Source of the DNA: an uncultured Gammaproteobacteria bacterium
Lineage (GTDB): Bacteria > Patescibacteriota > Microgenomatia > Levybacterales > UBA12049
DNA: 64,000 bases
Direction: 5' to 3'
NCBI GenBank assembly: GCA_965230895.1
Contig: OZ246394.1
Location: 1,313,887-1,377,886, forward strand
Below, in pieces: positions 15,001 to 27,000 of this stretch. The notes beneath the pieces are model-generated. The model saw nothing but the letters and a program-made list of their open reading frames with translations. It was not told where the DNA came from and searched no databases. How positions within the stretch are numbered: position 1 is the first letter of the stretch; each line of letters begins with the position of its first letter. Position numbers and translations under genes: made by a program.

Positions 15001-18000
15001 GTTGCACCACCATTGAATGTTGCAAGGCCAGTGACATTCAATGCATTGTTCACTGTTGTTGTACCAGTCCCTGCACCGATGTTTACTGAAGTAGCAGCGC
15101 CGCCAATGTTCAATGTTGTAACACCAGCATTGAGCAAGTTAAATGTGGTTGCACTTGAAGTTAAGTCACCGCCATTGATTGCAAGATCACTTGCAGCAGT
15201 AACATTTCCGGTTAATGTAGAAACGCCATCAACAGTTAATGTGCCATTTGTTTGGATGTTGCCATTGTTTGCGATAGTTGCACCAGTTGAACCGTATCCA
15301 TCACCGACGTTTAATGCATCGATGTTTGCAGTTGCTTGCAATGCATTGATTGTTGTTGCATTTGGAAGTGATAGGGTAGCGTTTCTTATTGTTGTTGTAC
15401 CAGTTGTTGCACCGATTGTGATTGCAGTACCAGCACCACCGATATTCAATGTCGTTGCATCGGTATTGAAGACATTTGCAGTTCCAGATGTTGTTGTGAT
15501 GTCTCCGCCATTAACTGCGATATCACCTGAAGTGGTGATTTGCCCAGTTGATCCTGTGATACTGAGTTGTGTTCCGACGATGTCATTGTCACCGAAGTCG
15601 ATTGCGTTGACGATGTTTGCGTCAGAAAGATCAATTGCTGTAGTGACGTCTCCTCCAGTAACGCCAGCGATTCTCAAACCGACTGGTAATGCTCGATCAG
15701 TATCAAGATTTTGGATCAAGACTAATTCACTTGGATCATTTGTTCCTGACCCATCAGCCCTTAGGAATTGAACATTTCCAGTTGAACCAGTTGCTGATGT
15801 TACAGTGAAGTTAGAATCAGTTGCAGTATTTGTCAAAGTAAATGCGATATCTCGTGCATCTGTTGTATTGATTGTGTTTCCGCCGTTGTACGCAGCTTGC
15901 AGTGAGAATGTTGCACCACCACATTTTGTGACATTATCACTTGCATCAAGACAAAGTGTTGTACCAGCAACTCCTGGAGTTGTAAGTCCAGTCAAAGTGA
16001 GGAATGAATCACCATCAGTATTGATTGTGACGCCAGTTGTTCCAGCAGGTGAGAATGTTGATTGGCCGTTTGCATCAAATGAATCATTTGCAGTTAATGC
16101 TCCTGTGAATGTACCAGTTCCAGTTACTGCCAAATCATTGTTTACAGTTGTTGTACCAGTAGCAGCGCCGAGTGAGATAACTGTTGCAGCTCCACCAATA
16201 TTTACAGTTGTTGCATTTGTGTTGAAGAGGGACGCAGTGAGAGCTGTTGTTGTGATGTCTCCACCATTTAATGCCAAGTCACCACTTGAAGTGATGTTTC
16301 CAGTTAATGTTGATGCACCATCAACTGTTAATGTGCCATTTGCCTGGATGTTTCCTGCACTTGAAAGTGTAACGCCAGTGTCACCATATCCACCGCCAAC
16401 TGCGATTGAACTAAATTGTGCAGCAGCATTTGGAGCATTAAATGATGTTGCATTTGCAAAGTTGATTGTCGCATTTCGGATGTTTGCAGTTCCAGTTGTA
16501 GCACCGATTGTGAGTGAAGTAGCAGCGCCACCGATATTCAACGTTGTTGCATTGCTGTTAAAGATATTTGCACTTGATTGTGTTGTGGTGATGTTGCCAC
16601 CATTGACTGCGATGTTTCCTGCTGATGTGATGTTTCCATTTGAACCATCAACCGAGAAGTTTGTACCAGTGATGTCATTTGCACCAAGTGCGATTGCAGT
16701 AACGATTGAAGCATCTGAGACATCAAGTGCAGTTGTGATTCCGCCGCCGCCAGTTGATGAAATTGTCAAACCGATAGGGAGGATTTGATCTGAATCAGCA
16801 TTATCGATAAGAACCAATTGTGTTGGATCATTTGAACCGACTCCATCAGCTCTTATGAATTGTGTGCCGCCAGTTGAACCGGTTGCAGTTGTGACGATGA
16901 AGTTGGAATCAGTTGCATCATCGGAAAGATTGAATGCGATGTTTCGGCCACTTGTTGTGTTGATTGTGTTACCAGCATCATATGCTGATTGCAATGAGAT
17001 TGAACTGTCTGCACACTTAACGACATTGTTACTGCCATCGATACAGACGACATCTCCAGCTGCAGTTGTGAGTCCTGAAACGTTCAAGAATGAATCAGCA
17101 TCGGTTGTGATGTTTACACCATTTGTTCCTGATGGATTGAATGTTGATTGACCGTTTGCAGTGAAGTTAGCATTTGCTGTTGTGTTGCCAGTGATTGTTA
17201 ATGCATTGTTGACAGTTGTTGTCCCAGTTCCAGCACCGATGGAGAGGGTCGTTGCTGCACCAGCAAAGTTCACAGTTGTTGCATTTGCGTTGATCAAATT
17301 GAAAGTAGGGGATGTCGTTGTAAGATCTCCACCGTTCAATGCCAAGTCACCAGCTGAAGTGATGTTGCCAGTAAGTGTCGAAGTGCCATCGATTGTGAGA
17401 TTCCCGTTTGCTTGGATCGTTCCTGCATTAGAGATTGAGACGCCAGTAGAACCGTATCCGCCACCAAGGTTTGCTGCATCAAGTGTTGCAAGTGCGCCGC
17501 CAGCATTGATTGCAGTTGCATTTGGAAGTGAAATTGTTTGATTGTTGATTGCGATTGTTCCAGTACTTGCTCCGACATTGATTGTGGTTGCATCGCCACC
17601 AAGGTTCAACGTCGTGACATTTGTATTGAACAAGTTACCAGTTGTTTGTGTTGTTGTTATGTCGCCACCATTAACTGCAACGTCACCTGATGTTGTGATA
17701 TCTCCACTTGCACCAGCGATAGAGAAGTTAGTCGCAGTTACATTGTTTGCACCAAGTGATAATGCATTAACGATTTCTGCATCTGAAAGATCAAGAGCAT
17801 TTGTGATACCACCAGCTGCGGATTGGATTTTGATGCCAGCAGCAACTGCTCGATCAGTGTCCAAATTATCAACCAAGATCAATTGTGTTGGATCAGACGT
17901 TCCAGCACCATTTGCTCGTGTGAATGATGTAAATCCAGTTGAACCATCAGCCGTGGTGATGGTGAAGTTTGCATCAGTTGCAGTGTTGGCAAGAGTGAAT

Positions 18001-21000
18001 GCAATATCTCGACCATCAGTTGTGTTGATTGTATTTCCACCAGTGTATGCAGATTGGAGTGAGATAGCATCAGATGCACATTTGTTGATTTGGCCAGTAC
18101 TGTTGTCGACACAAACCAACAATCCATTTGGTGCAGCATCAAGTCCTGTGACATAGAATCCAGAATCTGTATCAGTGTTGATTGTGACATTTCCTGTACC
18201 AGCTGGAGTGAATGTACTTGTACCATTTGCAGTCAAATCATTATCAACTGTCAATGAATTGTTGATTGTTGTCAGTCCTGTGTCATCTCCAATTGAAACG
18301 ACTGTTGCATCTCCGCCGATGTTCAATGTCGTAGCGTTTGCATTAAAGAGGGAAGCGATGCCAGTCGATGAAGTTGTAATGTCTCCACCATTTAATGCCA
18401 AATCACCACCTGATGTGATGTCTCCAGTTAATGTTGATGTACCATCAATGATTAAGTTACCATTTGCAGAGACATTACCTGTATTTGTAACTGTCAAACC
18501 AGTTGATCCATAACCATTTCCAACGTTCAATGCATCAAATGAAGCAGTTGCAGAATTTGCATTGAATGTTGTTCCGAGGAATGAAACAGTTGCATTTCGG
18601 ATTGTTGCAGTACCAGTTGTTGCTCCGATTGAGATTGTTGTTGCTGCACTACCGATGTTCAATGTTGTTGCATTAGCATTAAAGATACTTGCAGTTCCAG
18701 ATGTTGTGGTGATGTCTCCGCCGTTCAATGCCAAGTCACCACCTGATGTGATGTTTCCTGTACCGCCAGCGACTGAGAAGTTAGTTCCTGAAATATCATT
18801 TGCACCAAGTGCGATTGCAGTGACGATAGATGCATCTGAGACATCAAGAGCAGTAGTAATTCCACCGCCACCTGATGAGGAAATTTTAAGTCCAATTGGC
18901 AAAACTCTGTCGGTGTCTGCATTATCGATAAGTACTAATTGTGCTGGATCATTTGTACCTGAACCGTCAGCACGGACAAATTCAGTTCCACCTGTTGCTC
19001 CATCAGCCGTGGTGATAGTGAATTTAGAATCAGTAGCAGTGTCAGCGAGTGTGAATGCGATGTCTCTATTATTTGTTGTGGTGATTGTGTTACCTCCAAC
19101 ATATGCAGATTGGAGTGAGATCGCATCAGCTGCACACTTTGTAACCTGACTTGTTCCAGCATCGATACAAACGAGTGTACCTGAAGCTGTTGGCAAGCCA
19201 GTTATGATCAATGGAGAATCATTGTCAGTGTTAAATGTGATTGAACTTGTGCCAGCTGGATTAAAGACGACATTGCTGTTTGCAGTGAGATCACCTTCAA
19301 CAGTAAGTCCATTGTTCACGGTCGTTGTACCTGTATTTGCTCCGATTGAAAGGGTAGTAGCTGCGTTACCGATATTCAATGTGGTTGCATTTGCATTGAA
19401 TATCGAAGCAGTTCCAGCAGTTGTTGTAATGTCTCCACCGTTTACTGCGAGATCTGCTCCAGCTGTCACATTGCCAGTAAGTGTAGAAGTGCCATCGATT
19501 GTGAGGTTGCCATTTGCTGAGAGATTACCAGTGTTGGTGATACTCAAACCAGTTGATCCATAGCTTCCGCCAACTGAGAGTGAATCAAATGAACCAAGCG
19601 CAGATGATGCATTAAGAGCTGTTGCGTTAGGGAAGTTGATAGTTGTACCTCTTATGTTACCGGTACCGGATGTCGCACCCAATGTATATGTCGTAGCAGC
19701 ACCACCGATATTCAATGTGGTTGCATTGGTATTGAAGATAGTTGCAGTTCCAGTTGTTCCGGTTGTGATGTCATTGCCATTGAGAGTCAAGTCTCCATTT
19801 GAAGTAATACTTCCGGTTGCTCCATCGACTGAGAAGTTAGTCCCAGCGATGCCACTGACACCGAGTGAGATACCGGTAACGATGGTTGGATCAGAGAGAT
19901 CAATACCTGTTGTTATGCCGCCACCGCCTGATGATGAGATAGTCAAACCGACTGGAAGAACTCGGTCAGTATCAGCATTGTCGATAAGAACGAGTTGGGT
20001 AGGATCGTTTGTGCCATTGCCATCTTCTCTGATGAATTGTGTACTTCCGGTTGAACCTGATTCTGTTGTGATGACGAAGTTTGCATCTGTTGCAGTGTCA
20101 GTCAAAGTGAATGCGATGTCTTTTGCATTTGTTGTTTCGATTGTGTTGCCTCCATCATAAGCAGATTGGAGTGAGATAGCATTGGATGCACATTTGGTGA
20201 TTTGATCTGTGCCATTGTCGATACAAACCAAGTTACCAGTAGCTGTTGGCAAGCCAGTGACATAGAGCCCTGAATCAAGATCAGTGTTAAGAATAATGTC
20301 GTTTGTACCTGATGGAGTGAGGGTTGTTTGACCAGTGACCAACAAGTCATCTGAAACAGTAAGGTTATTGTTGATTGTGGTTGTACCTGTATTGGCACCG
20401 ATATTCAAAGTCGTTGCAGCCCCAGCAAAGTTCACTGTCGCTGCGGTTGCATTGATCAAGTTAAATGTTGTTGCACTGGTTGTAAGATCTCCACCATTCA
20501 AAGCCAAGTCTCCAGCTGAAGTGATGTTTCCTGTAAGTGTTGATGTACCGTCGATGATCAAGTTACCATTTGCTGAGATGTTGCCAGTGTTTGTGAGTGT
20601 AGTACCAGTAGAACCATAGCCTCCACCGATTGTGACTGAATCAATTGTCAAAGCTGCTGATCCTGCATCGATTGCCGTAGCATTTGGAAGTGAGAGGGTA
20701 GCATTGTTGATTGTCATTGTGCCACTTGCTGCTCCGATATTTACAGAAGTAGCAGCGGCACCAATGTTTAATGTTGTGACGTTTGCATTGAATACGTTGC
20801 CAGTTCCTGCAGTTGTAGTCAAACTGCCACCATTTACAGCGACGTTTCCAGCTGAAGTGATGTTGCCGTTGGATCCGTTAACTGAGAAGTTTGTACCTGA
20901 GATGTCATTTGCGCCAAGTGCAATTGCAGTCACGATCGTTGGATCAGAGACATCGATTGCTGTTGTGACGCCACTTGTACCTGATGATGTAATTCTCAAA

Positions 21001-24000
21001 CCGATAGGGAGGATTCGATCAGCATCTGCGTTGTCGATGAGGACCATTTGGTTTGGATCTGAAGCGCCAACACCATCAGCTCGGATGAATTCTGTACCAC
21101 CAGTTGATCCTGTAGCAGTTGTGATGATGAATTTAGAATCAGTTGCAGTGTCGGCTAATGTGAATGAGATGTCTCGTCCATCAGACGTTGTAATAGTATT
21201 TCCACCATCATACGCTGATTGCAATGTTGAAGCTGATGGAGGACATTTGACGACATTGTCTGAAGCATCAATACAAAGTGTACTGTTGGATGTCATTGGT
21301 GTTGTCAATCCAGGAAGGTTAAGGAATGAATCAGCATCTGAAACGATTGTGACACCATCAGTACCTGATGGTTGGAGAAGCACTGCGCCATTTGCTGTGA
21401 AGTCACCATTTGCTGTTGTGTTGCCAGTGATAGTCAATGCATTGTTTACAGTAGTTGTGCCAGTTGCTGCTCCGATTGAAAGAGTAGTAGCAGCACCACC
21501 GAAGTTCAATGTGGTAACGCCAGCATTAAGTAAGTTGAATGTCGAATCGTCTGATGTTAATGATCCGCCGTTGATTGCCAAAGTTCCAGCGAGGACGCCG
21601 TTATTGTTGATTGTGGTTGTTCCTGTGTTTGCTCCAATATTAACTGAAGTAGCATCTCCACCCAAGTTGAGTGAAGTAGCATTGGTATTGAATAAGTTCA
21701 CTGAAGAAGCAGTTGTGGTGATGTCACCGCCATTGACTGCGATACTGCCACCAAATGTTGCGAGTCCAGTACTGTTGAAGGAGAAGGTTGGATTGGTTGT
21801 CATGTTACCGAAAGCGATGTTCTGTGCTCCGGTTGTTGTGTTAACTGAAATGTAATTGTTTGCGCCTTGTGTAACTGAGAATGCATTTGCAAGGTTATTG
21901 ACGATGTTGTTTGAGATTGTGCTTGAAGCACCATTAGCAGTGAGTGTGACGTTAGTGCCATTGATGTTTACTGCGTCTCCGCCATCTCCGACATTTGAAA
22001 TTCCATTTGAGTTGAATGTGCCACTGACGACCAAGTCATTATTGATTGTAGTTTCTCCGGTTGCTGCACCGATTGAGATTGTTGTTGCATCTCCACCCAA
22101 GTTAATTGTTGTCGCACTTGTATTAAAGATAGAAGCTGCACCTGCATTTGTCGCAAGCACACCAGAGTTAGCGTTGATATCACTATTAGCAGTGATACTG
22201 CCAATTGTTGCAAGGACACCGTCCTCATCAATTGTGAGTGAAGGATTGCCTCCAGATTGGATGGAGAGGGCAGTGTTAGCAGTTCCAACGTTTGTGTCAT
22301 TTATGACGATTGCTGTTCCAGTTCCAGCATTAACGACGTTGAAGCCAGTAGCATTACCGTTGTTTGTTAAGTTGAATGAAGTTGCTGTTGTAAGTCCAGA
22401 TGACAATGTGAAGTCGATACTTCGGTTGTTTGTTGTAACGATAGTATTGCCGGTGTCATATGCTGATTGGAGACCGAATGGTGAACCACTACAATAACCC
22501 AAAACATTGTCATCATCAAGACAAAGTGCTGTACCTGTTGTTCCGCCTGTTGATTGCAAACCGTTAATGGTGATTGTTGAATTGTTATCAGTTTCGAAGA
22601 GGATATCATTTGTGTCATCTGGAGCAAAGACGGCTGAACCACTTGCATTGAAGTTTGTCCCTGCAACGACGTTAACTCCACCGTTGAATGTCGCTAAGTC
22701 AGTCACATCAAGTTGTCCACCGAGTGATGTTAATCCAGTTCCGACAGTGAATGTATTTGCTCCAGTCACTGCTGTTGCTCCATTGAGCGAGACTGCACCA
22801 GTTCCAGTTGAGAATGTACCAGCACCAGCTTGAGTGAAGTTAGCATTTGCATTGATGTCACCGCCAAAGGTTGCTGCTCCAGTACCGAGGAAGTTAAAGA
22901 TTGGATTGGTAGCTGCATTACCAAGTGCGATTACTTCAGCTCCATCAGTCGTGTCGATGTTGAAGTAGTTGTTGGTACCTTCTTGGATATCGAGAGCATC
23001 AGTTGCATTGTCGGTAAGGTTTGCTGTGATTGTTGAACCATTCAATGTCAAAGCATTTGCATCGTTTCCAGCTGTAAATGATCCAGCACTTGCAAGTGTT
23101 GTGTTGCCAGTTGATGAAAGGGTAGTGAAGGCAGCAGTTGACGGAGTTGTTGCTCCGATTGCTGTACCGTTGATGCCTGTTGCTGTAACGTTGAGATTTC
23201 CAGAAGTTATCAACAAGTTATTCACACCAGTGTTGATAGATGAGGCTGAGAGGCCTGAAAGGTTCAAAGCACCTGAGGTAGCAGTCAAGTTCAAAGCTCC
23301 AGTTGTTTGGGTAAATCCGTTTGAAGCAGTAAGGAGTCCAGCAGATGTGATAGCGCCAGTGCCAGTTGTACTCAAGTTTCCTGAAGTTGCAAGGTTTCCA
23401 TTCTCATCAATACTCAATGTTTCAACGCCACCTGATTGGAGAACGAGAGACTTGTTTGGAGTTCCGACGTTTGTGTCATTGATGATGAATGCACTTGCTG
23501 CACCTTGATTCTCAAGCGTGAATGAAGTGTCAGTCGCAACATCAGCCAAGGTGAATGATATATTTCGAGCATCAGTTGTAACGATTGTGTTGCCAGTGTT
23601 ATATGCAGCTTGCAAACCGAATGGAGCACCGTTACAAAGTGCCAAGTTGTTACTGCCATCAATACAAAGTGCGTTTCCAGCAGTTGTTTGGAGACCGTTA
23701 AATTGGACAGTTGAATCAGCATCCGTATTGAATACAACGTCATTTGTGCCACTTGGAGCGAATGTTGCAGCTCCACTAGCATTGAGTGCTTGTCCATTGC
23801 TGACAGTGACACCACCATTGAATGTAGCGAGGCTCGCAACATCAAGTGTTGAGTTAAGGTTTGTCGCGCCAGTAACTCCAAGTGAACCACCAAGCGTGGT
23901 AGCACCGGTTCCGACTGAGAATGTGTTTGTGCCAGTGACTGAAGTATTTCCATTCAAGCTGACGTTACCAGTACCTGTGGAGAATATATTTGCACCTGAT

Positions 24001-27000
24001 TGAGTGAAGTTACCGTTTGCAGCGATATCTCCACCAAATGTTGCTGTGCCAGTTGTGACTGTAAATGCATTTGAAGCGGTAAGGAGTCCAGCAGAAGTGA
24101 TAGTTCCAGTGCCAGTTGTACTGATATTGCCTGTTGTTGAGAGTGTACCAAGTTCATTGATGGTCAAAGTCGTTGAACCGTTATTTCGGATATCAATTGC
24201 AGTTCCAGTTGCCCCGTTTGTGTTATCAAGGACAAATGCACTTGCTGTTCCTGCATTGGTTAAGGTGAATGAAGCATCAGTAGCTGTGTCAGCGAGTGTG
24301 AAAGCGATATCTCGGCCATCAGTTGTGGTGATAGTGTTGCCAGCGTTATATGCTTGCTGCAAGGTTACATTCAGTGCATTGGAAGAACAGATAGCGAGTT
24401 GGTTGTCTGAGTTTCGGCAAACAACTGTACTGCCAACATTACCTGAAAGGGTAGGTACTCTGACTAAATCATTGAGGATTATTTCGCCTGAAGCACTTGC
24501 TTCAAGAGTAAGGTCTTGATTGTTTCCGGTAGTGATATCCAAAGCTGCATTGTCGAAAACTAGTCCTGTAGTTCCAATTGTTTTGTTATTCAATGTCTGA
24601 GCTTGGTTCGCAAACACAAAAGTATCATCCGCAGATAAGGCTGGAAGTGTAGCTACTCGTGGTGCTGATGAAGCAAGTGCTGAAATGGTTGTGGTGTTGC
24701 CTGAACCAAGGATAATTTGGTTTGTTGTCGCTTGAGAGGTGAGAGTGCCAGTGGTAACCAAGTTGCCATTTTCCCCGATTGTCAGTGAGTTCGTACCATT
24801 TGATTGGATAGCCAAAGCTGTACCATTGCTTCCATTTCCTGCATTGGTGTCGTTGATTACTACGCCATTTGCTGTACCTTGATTTTGGATAGTGAATGAT
24901 GAATCTGTGGCTGTATCAGCGAGTACGAAAGCTATGTTTCGATTATCAGTTGTTGTTATAGTATTGCCAGCATCGTATGCCTGCTGAAGGGTAACATTCA
25001 AAGCGTTTGAAGAACAGACTGAAAGTTGGTTTGCTGCATTTCGGCAGACTACGGTATTTCCAGCAGTTGCTGAAAGGTTTGGTACTTGGAGGAGATCATT
25101 GATGATTGTTTGACCCAAACCATTTGCATCAATGGTAATATCCTGATCTGTACCTGAGGTTATATCTGTACTTACGCCGAGGAAGGTGAGTGTGCCGGTT
25201 GTACTGATTGCTCCTGAAGAGATTGTTGTAGCGCCTGAGATTGCTCCAGCATTGGTGATGCCACCGATGTTGTTGTTGATACCGCCTGTGATGTTTGCTC
25301 CGCCTGCAGCAACTGTTACTCCACCAGCTGTGATACTGAGTCCACCTGTTGAGATTGTTTGTCCAGCAGTGAAGACGTTTGCTTGATTGAGGTAGGCGAC
25401 GTTGTTCAATGTTCCAGCGGTATTAATATCAGCTCCATTCAATTGAATCGCACCAGTTGCATTGAGGCTTGCTCCTTGGATTGTTCCTGAAGCCGTAAGG
25501 TTAGTGATTCCAGTGATAGCTCCTGCATTGATGATACCGCCATTGGTATTATCGAGTCCACCACTGATTGTTGTGCCATTGTTTACGCTCAAACCATTTG
25601 AAGCGGTGAGTAAACCAGCAGACGTGATAGTTCCAGTGCCAGTTGTAGCTATATTGCCTGAAGTTGAAAGATTTCCTGTAGAAGTAAGTGCACCATCTTC
25701 GGTGATGGTGAGGTTCGTCACACCATTGGACTGTACTACTAATGCATTATTAACAGCGAGGCTAGTATCATTGAAAAGAAGACCATCTCCATCTGCAGCA
25801 CTGGTTATGATTAGGCCTGTAGCATCTCCATCATTATTTATTTCAAATGATGTGGGTGTGGTCAATCCTCCAGCAAGATTGAATGAAATGTTTCGGCCAT
25901 CTGATGTGTCTATAGTATTTCCTGCATCGTATGCTTGTTGCAATGTGACCTCAGCAGCATTGGCTGGACACTGGACTAATTGGTTGGTGACATCGTCTCG
26001 GCAGATGGTTGTTGCAGAGTTTGTCGTGGTGTTGAGTACTGAAAGTTGTGTTGTCTTGCCAAGAACGATCTCGCCAGTTCCGTTAGGTGATAGGGTGAGG
26101 TTTTGATTAGTTCCTGATGTAAGTGTTGAAGAAACGCCACTTAAGACGATATTTCCTGAAGTAGTAATAGAACCAGAACTGATTGTTCCTGTTGTGATAA
26201 GGTTCCCGTTTTCATTGACTGTGAGTGTTGATGTTCCATTTGATTGGATATCGAGGGCAAGTTGATTAGCACCATTGGTATCGTTAATGACAAATGCACT
26301 TGCTCCTGTCCCTGCATTGGTGAGTGTGAATTGTCGTGATGAACCGTTTGCCAATGTGAAGTCCACATCGCCGAATGTATCATCCGCTGAGATTGTATTG
26401 CCAGCTTGATATGCTTGTTGCAAATCTACATTTGCAGCGTTTGCAGGACATTGGATCAATTGATTTGTTACGTTGTCTCGGCAAACGGTAGTTGCAGTAT
26501 TAAGACTTGTATTAAGTGTCGTCAATTGGAGTGGACCAGCCAATGTTAATTGACCTGTACTTCCGAGACTTGCAACTTCAGTACCAGAGTTATTCTGGAA
26601 TGAGAGTTCATATGCTGGGCCAGTTCCTGTAACTTGGTTTTGGAGACTGAATCCGACATTGGTTGATGATGAGCCATTCCAATATGCTCCTTGGAAGGTA
26701 ACAAGGTTTGAGTTTTGAGTCTGTGATCCAACTGTTGCATTGCCAACTCTGTTCAAAGTCAATGTATCTGTTCCTGATTGATCTCCGATTTCGACACCTG
26801 AGAGAGCACCGATAACTGTGCCGTTGTCTGTAATGTTTGAATCACCGATGTTTGAAGCGAGGCCTGGATCGATGAATCGAGCGAGTCTGTATTGATTACC
26901 TTGTCCTCCGACGACTCCACCTGTACCAGCACAGTTACCTGAAGTTACACAGATAGCACCACTTGCATCAGGGACAGTTAGCACTCGGGTGGTGCCAGTT

